A stretch of 42,546 nt of DNA from a virus. The stretch is taken from positions 1 to 42,546 of the IMG/VR virus record IMGVR_UViG_3300045988_157693. One strand, given 5' to 3'. Under the pieces are notes generated by a model. The model was not told the origin of the DNA and searched no databases. It saw nothing but the letters and a program-made list of their open reading frames with translations. Positions 22,631-31,289 of the stretch are shown piece by piece (position 1 is the stretch's first letter; every line of letters begins with the position of its first letter). The translations under genes and the position numbers were made by a program.

Positions 22631-23629
22631 ATGATTAAGACTATCTCAACAGCCGTTGTTACTGAACTTATGTTCCGTTGTTTTAACATTCAGCTTTTCG
22701 CTGACGGTGGCGGTGGTGCATCTGCAGGTGCATCCGCAGGAGCAGGAACAGGTGAAGGCTCAACAGGCATTGCAGGAGAAACAACAAACACATCGTTCCC
22801 TGCCGATGGCAAAGGCTCTGCACCGAAGATTGTTTACGGTAAGCAGAGTGAAAGCAACACCGAAGTCGGTGCTGTTCCCGAAGAAAAGCCGAAAATGACT
22901 TTTGCCGAACTCGTTAAATCTGACGAGTGGAAAGACGATGCCCAGAAGTATATGGACAAAGCCTTTTCAAAGAGATTCAAAGAGCAGGAGTCGCTCAAGG
23001 CTGAGAACGCAAGAATGCGTGACATCCTCAACATAGCTAATGTCAGATACGGACTCGATTCCGCATCAGACAGTTTCCTTGATGACCTCAGCAACAGTAT
23101 TCAGAACGATACGAAACTGTATGAAGATGAGGCACTTGAGGCAGGATTACCTGTTGAGGAATATGTCAAGGTAAAGAAAGCAGAGAGAATTCTTGAAAAC
23201 AACAAGCGTGAACAGGCAGACAGAGAAAGACAGGCATTCATTAACGAACATTGCAAGAACCTTGTGAGTCAGTCGGATGCAATGAGAGAACAGTTTCCGT
23301 CTTTCGACCTTGAAACAGAGATGAGTAATCCTCAGTTTCGCAAGCTCGTTGACCCGCAAGAGTTAGGCGGTATCGGTCTTTCAGTAGACAACGCTTACCG
23401 TGTGATTCATTACAAGGATATTCTCAACGCTACTGTGAATAATGCGGTCAATCAGACAGCTATCAATACTGCGAATGCAGTCAAAGCTAACAAAGAAAGA
23501 CCAAGGGAAAACGGCATGAATCACCGTGCATCCGTCATTGTGAAGGATGACCCGTCACAGTTTACTCTTGATGATTTCAAGCGTATCAAGGAACAGTTTA
23601 TTAGGACTGGTGTTGCTCCCAAATTCTAA
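22631..23629 (+). CDS. Scaffolding protein with an L27-like N-terminal propeptide
   Basis: GGAAGGAG RBS. N-terminus ...FNIQLFA|DGGGGASAG. The central region is charged and helical. It lies immediately upstream of the capsid gene. Confidence 0.75.
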   Translation: MIKTISTAVVTELMFRCFNIQLFADGGGGASAGASAGAGTGEGSTGIAGETTNTSFPADGKGSAPKIVYGKQSESNTEVGAVPEEKPKMTFAELVKSDEWKDDAQKYMDKAFSKRFKEQESLKAENARMRDILNIANVRYGLDSASDSFLDDLSNSIQNDTKLYEDEALEAGLPVEEYVKVKKAERILENNKREQADRERQAFINEHCKNLVSQSDAMREQFPSFDLETEMSNPQFRKLVDPQELGGIGLSVDNAYRVIHYKDILNATVNNAVNQTAINTANAVKANKERPRENGMNHRASVIVKDDPSQFTLDDFKRIKEQFIRTGVAPKF

Positions 23630-23647
23630 CTTTAAAGGAGCATTATT

Positions 23648-24646
23648 ATGTCTAATATTATGTACAATCTTATTCTCCAGCTTTTCGCTGGCGAAACAAC
23701 CTTAAACGCAAACAAAACATCCGCAAGTGGAATGTCCCCGACAATGAAGACATTCTATGACACTTCCCTTCTCGAAAACGCAAGGGCAGAACTTATCTTC
23801 AATCAGTTTGGCGATAAGCAGAAGATTCACGGTAATAAGTGCGAATGGAGAAAATTCAACACATTCCCGAAGGCTCTCACACCGATTACCGAAGGTGTTA
23901 CACCAACAGGACAGGCTTTCGGCATGACGAAGATTGAAGGTACAACATCACAGCACGGCGATTACACCACAATCACAGACAGACTTGAATATGAGGCATA
24001 TGACCCGATTATTCAGGGCTGTACAGAAGAGATGGGTGCATCAGCAGGTGCGACTATGGACACTCTCACAAGAAATGTCCTCATTGCAGGTAACTCTGTT
24101 ATGTACTGTCCGAAGAAGGACGGTACAGTGATTTCAACAAGAGATACACTCACAGCAGATTGTGTTCTCACTCCTGCGGTTGTTAAAAAGGCTGTTACTT
24201 GGCTCAAAAAAAACAAAGCACCGAAGATTAACGGAAGCTATGTATGTCTTATCCATCCCTCTGTCGCTCATGACCTTACAGAGTCTGACGAGTGGAAAGA
24301 GTACCACAAGTACAATGACACAGCTCCTATCTTCAAGGGTGAAATCGGCGAACTTCACGGTTGCCGTTTCGTTGAGTCAACAGAGTGCAAGATTCACGCA
24401 CGCAACAAACTCGGCATTGCTACATATGACACACTTTTTCTCGGTGCAAAGGCTTTCGGCATCATTGAACCTGAAAACGAGTCAATGCATATGATTATCA
24501 AGGACAAGTCGGAAATCGGCGGTCCTCTCGAACTTTACAGCACAGTAGGCTACAAATTTAGCCACGGTGCTAAGATTCTTTATGAGGAAAGAATCCTCCG
24601 TGTCGAGTCAGGCTCTTCTTACTCATCTGTTGACGAGGAAAACTGA
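23648..24646 (+). CDS. Major capsid protein with an L27-like N-terminal propeptide
   Basis: N-terminus MSNIMYNLILQLFA|GETT. Size and position fit a capsid gene. KTFYDTSLLENARAELIFNQFG is a typical capsid N-terminal pattern. Confidence 0.88.
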   Translation: MSNIMYNLILQLFAGETTLNANKTSASGMSPTMKTFYDTSLLENARAELIFNQFGDKQKIHGNKCEWRKFNTFPKALTPITEGVTPTGQAFGMTKIEGTTSQHGDYTTITDRLEYEAYDPIIQGCTEEMGASAGATMDTLTRNVLIAGNSVMYCPKKDGTVISTRDTLTADCVLTPAVVKKAVTWLKKNKAPKINGSYVCLIHPSVAHDLTESDEWKEYHKYNDTAPIFKGEIGELHGCRFVESTECKIHARNKLGIATYDTLFLGAKAFGIIEPENESMHMIIKDKSEIGGPLELYSTVGYKFSHGAKILYEERILRVESGSSYSSVDEEN

Positions 24647-24660
24647 TAAGGAGATTATCT

Positions 24661-24930
24661 ATGGCTACAAATTCAAATAAGAATGCAAATGCAGGTCTTA
24701 CAGGTAAGAAGGTTACTGTTATTCTTCCTCGTGACCCTCAGATTGAGGGTGACGGAGCAGAACAGGAATTCTTCTCGGTCAACGGTCACAATATTCTTGT
24801 GCAGACCGATGTACCTGTTGAAGTAGATGAAATCTTTGCTGAGGTTATCAATAACAAAGCAAAAGCTCGCACACAGGCGAGAGAATTCATCAAGAAAATG
24901 GCATTCAAAGACAGCAAGCCGATGGCTTGA
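24661..24930 (+). CDS. Small head-associated protein (89 aa)
   Basis: AAGGAG RBS. Followed by a strong terminator. Confidence 0.8.
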   Translation: MATNSNKNANAGLTGKKVTVILPRDPQIEGDGAEQEFFSVNGHNILVQTDVPVEVDEIFAEVINNKAKARTQAREFIKKMAFKDSKPMA

Positions 24931-24942
24931 TTATGAGAGATT

Positions 24943-24975
24943 AAGAGGCGGTTTTTTCCGCCTCTTTTTTGTTTT
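24943..24975 (+). terminator. Rho-independent terminator
   Basis: aagaggcgg-tttttt-ccgcctctt followed by a T-run. Confidence 0.85.
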
Positions 24976-24991
24976 AAAAGGAGATGAAAAT

Positions 24992-25375
24992 ATGGACTAC
25001 ATTACAATAGCTGATGCAATTGATATGATTGATGCAACAGTACCGAACAACCGCACAGAAGACGAAAAGATTGCTTGGCTTGACTCTCTCGACAGAATGG
25101 TTAAGAACGAAGTCTTTGACACGCACGAAGGTTATGAAGATACAGACTTCATCGGATATGACGAGAACACATCACGCAATCAGCCGTTACTGATTCCAAA
25201 ACCGTATGCAGTAGAGATTTACAAAGCATTTCTTGAACTCCAAATACACCTTGTCAACAAGGAGTATGACAGATACAATGCATCCTCAGCACAGTACAGC
25301 AACCATTATGACTCTTTTGTCAATTGGTGGCATTGCAACCATATGCCGAAAGAGATTGCTCACATTACATTTTAG
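24992..25375 (+). CDS. Putative head-tail connector/adaptor (127 aa)
   Basis: AAAGGAG RBS before the ATG at 24992. Function is called from position only. Confidence 0.7.
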   Translation: MDYITIADAIDMIDATVPNNRTEDEKIAWLDSLDRMVKNEVFDTHEGYEDTDFIGYDENTSRNQPLLIPKPYAVEIYKAFLELQIHLVNKEYDRYNASSAQYSNHYDSFVNWWHCNHMPKEIAHITF

Positions 25376-25386
25376 GTGGTGATACT

Positions 25387-27213
25387 ATGGCTTTTAATTT
25401 TCCACAGCTTGATTCATCCTCTGCACAGCGAGAGTATCAGGAACAGTTTGCAGGATATAACCACAACATCCGCATCGGTGACACGGAGTTTTATGATATG
25501 CAGAATATGACAGGCAATTACTATCCTGTGTTGTCACCGAGAGATAAAAGAGGTATTGTTCAACAGTTTACCAAGCCTAAATGTATGGCAAGCCGTGATA
25601 ACCTCTGTTACATTGACGGTATGTATTTATACATTGACGGTGAAAAGGTTGACCATATTATTTTGACGGACACAGAAAAAACAATGGTATCAATGGGTGC
25701 ATACCTTGTTATCTTTCCTGACAAGGTCTTCATTAATACGGAAGATATATCTGACTGGGGATATCTTGATAACACGATTGAGATAGCAACAGAAGTTAAC
25801 AATGTTGTATATACAATGTGTACGCAAGACGGCACTAAGTATCAATACCAAAACCCAAAAGGTGAAAACTATGTCTATGTAGGTGATGAGTCACCTAATG
25901 TCGGTGAGAAGGAAACAGTCGCAAACGGTTACAAATGGCTTGATACAAGCGGTGACACGCACTACTTGAAGGTATGGAATTCAAACACACGGATGTGGTC
26001 ATCTCTCTCAACAACCTATGTGCGTATTGAGTCAACAGGCATTGGTAAAGGTTTCAAGGAAGGTGATGCCGTAACAATCAGCGGTTGTGACTCCTCATCC
26101 TCTTCGGGTAGTGACAAAATCAAAGAACAGATTGATGCTCTTAACACCTCGATGCTCATCAAGTCTATTGATGAAAAGGAAAACTGGATTGTAGTTACCG
26201 CAATACTTGATAATGTTGTCACTCAATCTACAGGTACAGTCAAACTTGAGCGTGTTGCTCCGATTATGGATTTTGTTATCGAATCAAATAACCGTCTGTG
26301 GGGATGCCGTTACGGACTCAATAACGAGGGCAAAATCGTCAATGAAATCTATGCTTGCAAGCAGGGTGATTTCAAGAACTGGTTCGTATATGCAGGTATA
26401 TCAACGGACTCATATGCTGTTTCCGTTGGCTCTGACGGTGTGTGGACAGGTGCAATTGCTTACGGTAATTATTTACTATTCTTCAAAGAAAATTGCATAC
26501 ACAAGGTTTACGGCTCAATGCCGAGCAATTATCAGGTAATTGAGCAGAAAGTAAGAGGTGTTCAAAAAGGTTCATCAAAGAGTCTTTGCATACTCAATGA
26601 AACTCTGTTCTATAAATCCGCAACAGATGTCTGCTACTATGACGGCTCGTTGCCGACAAGCATATCAAATCCTCTCGGTGCGGTTAGCTATAGCAACGCT
26701 GTCAGCGGTACTATAGCTAATAGATATTATATCTGTATGCAGGACACAAGCGGAGTATGGACTCTCTTCGTTTATGATATCACTACTGGAATGTGGCACA
26801 AGGAAGATAACATTCACATTAAAGAGTTTTGCAAGGTTAAAACAGACCTTTACTTCATTGATGCCGACAGTTATCAGCTTATGACCACAACAGGCAGAGG
26901 CACGGCAGAAGATGACTTTGAATGGTATGCAGAAACAGGTTCTATAGGCTATTCTTACTCAGATAACAAGTATGTGGGCAGAATGTTGCTAAGAGTGCAA
27001 AAACCGATTACAAGCCAAATTAGAGTCCGCATTCGCTATGATGACTCAGAACATTGGGAAACAGTTTCGTCAATCGGCGGTCACGGCACGAAATCTTACA
27101 GCATACCTGTCCTTCCTCGCAGATGTGACCATTTTGCAATTCGTATCGAAGGGAAAGGTACTTGCAAAATTTATTCGATTTCAAAGGTATTAGAGATTGG
27201 AAGTGATGTTTAG
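25387..27213 (+). CDS. Virion structural protein (608 aa; neck or tail)
   Basis: AGGTGG RBS. Large ORF in the tail module. No motif was recognised. Confidence 0.8.
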   Translation: MAFNFPQLDSSSAQREYQEQFAGYNHNIRIGDTEFYDMQNMTGNYYPVLSPRDKRGIVQQFTKPKCMASRDNLCYIDGMYLYIDGEKVDHIILTDTEKTMVSMGAYLVIFPDKVFINTEDISDWGYLDNTIEIATEVNNVVYTMCTQDGTKYQYQNPKGENYVYVGDESPNVGEKETVANGYKWLDTSGDTHYLKVWNSNTRMWSSLSTTYVRIESTGIGKGFKEGDAVTISGCDSSSSSGSDKIKEQIDALNTSMLIKSIDEKENWIVVTAILDNVVTQSTGTVKLERVAPIMDFVIESNNRLWGCRYGLNNEGKIVNEIYACKQGDFKNWFVYAGISTDSYAVSVGSDGVWTGAIAYGNYLLFFKENCIHKVYGSMPSNYQVIEQKVRGVQKGSSKSLCILNETLFYKSATDVCYYDGSLPTSISNPLGAVSYSNAVSGTIANRYYICMQDTSGVWTLFVYDITTGMWHKEDNIHIKEFCKVKTDLYFIDADSYQLMTTTGRGTAEDDFEWYAETGSIGYSYSDNKYVGRMLLRVQKPITSQIRVRIRYDDSEHWETVSSIGGHGTKSYSIPVLPRRCDHFAIRIEGKGTCKIYSISKVLEIGSDV

Positions 27214-29735
27214 TGAATTTTATTGATTTGCCAAATATTGGCAACGGTACAGCCGAAGAACAGCTTGCACAGATACGCAGTTACATATACCGTAATAATG
27301 AACAGTTAAACGCAACACTTGCCAATCTTTCAGTAGATAAGATGTGGGAGCAGACAGCATCGGCTCTGTCTGCATCCAATGGCGATATCGTAGAGGTCAA
27401 CAAAGACCTTATAAGCCGTTATGCTACCATCCGTGACCTTGTAATTAAGACAGCGGATGTAGTGATACAGTCAGACGAAAAATTCACATCGCAGATGAAC
27501 GGTAATTATGTTGCAATCTCTGACTTTGGAAAATATCTTCGTGACACAACGCTCGATATATCGGGAAGTAGTGTTGGCATTGAATATTTATACAATTATG
27601 CATCACAGCTTGAAACAGACCTTGATAATTACAAAGTCAATCAGACTTCGTATATCAAGCAAGGTTTACTTGATGAGAGCGGAGCAAGTCCGATATACGG
27701 TGTTGAAGTCGGTTTGCTCTCGGATTCTTTCGAGTACAACGGCAAGGTTATCGATACACGGTCAAATCTCAAAACAAGAATTACACCAACTGAGATGTCT
27801 TGGTGGGCAGAAAACAAAAAGCTTTTTTATCTCGACAAAGACTCAGTGTATTTCCCTTACGCAAAAATAACTGGCGGTAGTATCAATATCGGTAACGGTA
27901 CATTTACTGTTGACAGTTTCGGTAACATCAATGCAACATCGGGTACAATCGGCGGATTGGATATTACTGCTCTTACAGATATGGCAATGGGCATTGATAT
28001 CCGACCTAATGCTACGCTTGTCAGAAAGACAGCTACAGAAGGATACAGTGTGCCGAACATTTCTGTAACACTTTCGTCAAGGAATGTTGAGGTTGCATCA
28101 ACAAAATGGTATATTTCCTCAGACGGTGAAGTGTGGACACAATACACTCAAACCGCAATGAAAACGAATATGATAATCTCTTCTGCAACCGCTTTCAAAA
28201 ATTCATCTGTACTGTATGTTAAAGCCGAGTCAAAAGACTCAGCGGATAAAACATACATAGCTGTTTGCTCAGTTGGTTGTGTTTCTGACGGTGTTGACGG
28301 TACTTCTGTTAAAATTCTCGGCACAGCATATAAAAAGAATGAAGATTATCAAATTGGCGTTCCTTATGACTTGTATTTTGACTATGATTGTACAAGTATC
28401 ATTAACAACAGTACAACAACGCTTAACAACGGTGATTCATACATTGTCAAAGGCTATTTGTTTGTGTGGAACAATAAAAACGGTGCTTTTGTTTGCACAA
28501 GTGAAATCAAAGGTAAAGACGGTAAAAACGGCACAGATGCACAGGCTTATGAAATCTATACCGATGTATCATCTGTCAACAAAAACATTTTCGGTACATC
28601 TTGCACCCCATCAACAATCAACATTGAGTTTCGCCAAAACTCAGGCGGTAATACACAGCTTGTAACTGCAAGTGAAATAAGAATATTGAGAATGAACGGC
28701 AACAAATCTGTCTTTTACAAGTCACAGAAAAATACAAAAAAATTCTCTCTTTCGCTGTCGGGAGAATTCAACGCTTATATAGCGACTTGCACGGCTATCA
28801 AGATTGAAGTCGGTTATAACAACAAAGTCTACACAAAGACAATTCCGTTGATAGTGTCGGCAGAAGAAATCAAAGCTTGGGCGAAAGTAGAAAACGGTCA
28901 GACGGTTATTAACGGTTCAAAAATCTACACAGGCTCTATCACAGCCGAGAAGATAGATATTGCATACCGCAACACGCTCGCAACAGGTGAACAGCTTACA
29001 ACGGCTATCTCCAATGTTAATGACTCAATATCTGCTTGGGCAAGTAAAATCGACTCCAACACAACAGACATTGCAAACTTAACGGTTAAATCAAACGAAA
29101 TCTCATCAATTGTTACGCAAAAAACAAGTACAAGCACTATCCAAAGTATCATTCGGCAATCGGCAAATGCGGTTGAATTTGCTTGGAGTGAATCGAAACT
29201 TGGTAATGTGATTAAGCTTGAAGACGGTAATATTAACTTTTATTATTTTGGCAAAAAAATGTCGAGTGTATCATTGGACGGACAAACGTTTTATCGTGAC
29301 GGTCTTGCAGTCGGCTATATTGGTGCAGGACAATGGATAACATCATCAACCACTAAAGGCTTAGGTATAAGACTTAATAAGGCTTACGGCAAATATATAA
29401 CACTTGGTTATCAAAATGGCAATGCTTATGATGTAAAATTGGCTTTTGCAACCAAAAATGCAATTGGAAACGATAACGAAGGTATATTTTGCTACGCTAA
29501 TCTTTTTGGTGGTAACACATTCAACGGCGCTTGGAGTACAATACGCAGATTCTGGCTGAGAGATGTTTCTGTTGAAATGGGATTGCGTACCAAAGACAAT
29601 CGAAACGGTCAGTTACACAACACGGTTACAGCAGATATACCGTATATCCGAACAATAAAATCAGGTAGTAACGGCTCAATTACTTGGACATATAGCACAC
29701 TCAAGGTAGTTAATGGGTTGATTACAAGTTATTAA
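27213..29735 (+). CDS. Large tail structural protein (840 aa; possible receptor-binding or tail spike)
   Basis: GTG start overlapping the upstream TAG. The N-terminus LPNIGNGTAEEQLAQIRSYIYRNNEQLNATLANL is typical of tail proteins. Confidence 0.8.
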   Translation: MNFIDLPNIGNGTAEEQLAQIRSYIYRNNEQLNATLANLSVDKMWEQTASALSASNGDIVEVNKDLISRYATIRDLVIKTADVVIQSDEKFTSQMNGNYVAISDFGKYLRDTTLDISGSSVGIEYLYNYASQLETDLDNYKVNQTSYIKQGLLDESGASPIYGVEVGLLSDSFEYNGKVIDTRSNLKTRITPTEMSWWAENKKLFYLDKDSVYFPYAKITGGSINIGNGTFTVDSFGNINATSGTIGGLDITALTDMAMGIDIRPNATLVRKTATEGYSVPNISVTLSSRNVEVASTKWYISSDGEVWTQYTQTAMKTNMIISSATAFKNSSVLYVKAESKDSADKTYIAVCSVGCVSDGVDGTSVKILGTAYKKNEDYQIGVPYDLYFDYDCTSIINNSTTTLNNGDSYIVKGYLFVWNNKNGAFVCTSEIKGKDGKNGTDAQAYEIYTDVSSVNKNIFGTSCTPSTINIEFRQNSGGNTQLVTASEIRILRMNGNKSVFYKSQKNTKKFSLSLSGEFNAYIATCTAIKIEVGYNNKVYTKTIPLIVSAEEIKAWAKVENGQTVINGSKIYTGSITAEKIDIAYRNTLATGEQLTTAISNVNDSISAWASKIDSNTTDIANLTVKSNEISSIVTQKTSTSTIQSIIRQSANAVEFAWSESKLGNVIKLEDGNINFYYFGKKMSSVSLDGQTFYRDGLAVGYIGAGQWITSSTTKGLGIRLNKAYGKYITLGYQNGNAYDVKLAFATKNAIGNDNEGIFCYANLFGGNTFNGAWSTIRRFWLRDVSVEMGLRTKDNRNGQLHNTVTADIPYIRTIKSGSNGSITWTYSTLKVVNGLITSY

Positions 29736-29751
29736 TAAAAGGAGAATTTCT

Positions 29752-30021
29752 ATGGACAAAAACATCACAAAAAGAGTAGAAGAAAACACAACAAACACAC
29801 CACCAACAGCACCTAAGTCAGTATTGATTATGGATTTGCGAAACAAATTATATCAGCTTGCTAACTATCCTAAGCTTTCACCGATAATTATTGAAATGGT
29901 TTTTGGCGAAGTGTACAAGTCTGTGCAGAACAAGGCATTAACAACTGTACAGGCAGAGTATGAGAATTACCGCAAGCGAGTCGATGAATTTGAAAAGGAA
30001 CAGAACCCGAAAGGAGATTAA
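29752..30021 (+). CDS. Hypothetical 89-aa protein
   Basis: AAAGGAG RBS. Confidence 0.8.
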   Translation: MDKNITKRVEENTTNTPPTAPKSVLIMDLRNKLYQLANYPKLSPIIIEMVFGEVYKSVQNKALTTVQAEYENYRKRVDEFEKEQNPKGD

Positions 30022-30026
30022 AGCAT

Positions 30027-31277
30027 ATGGCATATGTATATCAGAAATACAATCAGTCGGCAAATGCAACGAATTATCAAAACCGACAGGATGATGCAAC
30101 AAACCGATATAACGATTTTGCTCAGACAGGCTACACAACAGGGGCAGGTGGTTTCGGTGGTCAGATAAATTCTGCACAGGCTAAGCTTAATCAGTTATAC
30201 GGTAACAACAACCTCTCACAGCAGTTTAAGTACGGCAATCAGGGAGCATACAACAAGGCGATGAACGCTGTTGCCAACCGTAAAGCATTTTCCTATGACC
30301 TTTCAAATGATACGCTTTTCCAACAAGCGAAAGAACAATATCAGAATATGGGCAAGGTCGCAATGGCTGATACAGTAGGTCAGGCATCTGCGATGACAGG
30401 CGGTTACGGCAACAGTTACGCAACAACTGCAGGCTCTCAGGCTTATCAAGGCTATCTGCAACAGCTTAACAATGACATCGGTAATTATTACAGTATGGCA
30501 TTAAGCGGTTTCAATGCCGAAACAGACAGACTTAATAACATTTACAACATGTACGCTCAGGACAGAAGTCAACAGCAGAATGAGTGGTCTAACAACTGGA
30601 ATGTATATAACAATCTGTACGGCTTGTATCAGAGCGAACTGCAGAATGCACAGAGTAATGACCTCAACGCTTGGAATCAGAAAGGTACAAACCTTTACAA
30701 TTCCGCTAATCTTGCAACAAATCAGTACGGTACTGCATCAAGCAATGATATTGACACTTGGAAACAGGGTGAAACATTGCGTGCAGAACAGGCACAGCAG
30801 GAAGAAACTGAGAGAGCAAACCGCATTGAAGAGGCATACAAGAATGCACAGCTTGCAGAACAAATCAGAGCGAACAAAGCCGAAGAGGCTTACAGACAGT
30901 CTGCACTTGCTGAAACAATCCGTAACAACAAAGCAACAGAAAAAATCAATACATACAAAGCCCAAAATTCCTCTTCTTCCAAAAACAAAAACAGCGGTGA
31001 AAACTGGTACAATGTCAATGCGAAAGCAACGAGGACAGGCACAACTTCAAACCTCATCAGCGAAATTGACAGCAAAGCCAGAAGCTTGCAATACTCCAAA
31101 TACTCAGGTGACTACACTAAAGCCATTAACGATATTCTTCCCAAATATCTTAATAATGCTTTTGCTAATCATACATTGTCAAGCGGTGAAATCAACTATC
31201 TTTCGAGCTACTACGGTGCATCTGACATCGGCAAAGCGTATAAGCGAGCACATAAAACATCAAGCTCAAAAAAATAA
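30027..31277 (+). CDS. Q/N/Y-rich structural protein (416 aa)
   Basis: AAAGGAG RBS. Strongly biased composition (QQNEWSNNWNVYNNLYGLYQ...), then repeats of ANRIEEAYKNAQLAEQIRANKAEEAYRQSALAETIRNNKA. Confidence 0.85.
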   Translation: MAYVYQKYNQSANATNYQNRQDDATNRYNDFAQTGYTTGAGGFGGQINSAQAKLNQLYGNNNLSQQFKYGNQGAYNKAMNAVANRKAFSYDLSNDTLFQQAKEQYQNMGKVAMADTVGQASAMTGGYGNSYATTAGSQAYQGYLQQLNNDIGNYYSMALSGFNAETDRLNNIYNMYAQDRSQQQNEWSNNWNVYNNLYGLYQSELQNAQSNDLNAWNQKGTNLYNSANLATNQYGTASSNDIDTWKQGETLRAEQAQQEETERANRIEEAYKNAQLAEQIRANKAEEAYRQSALAETIRNNKATEKINTYKAQNSSSSKNKNSGENWYNVNAKATRTGTTSNLISEIDSKARSLQYSKYSGDYTKAINDILPKYLNNAFANHTLSSGEINYLSSYYGASDIGKAYKRAHKTSSSKK

Positions 31278-31289
31278 GGAGATAAATCT

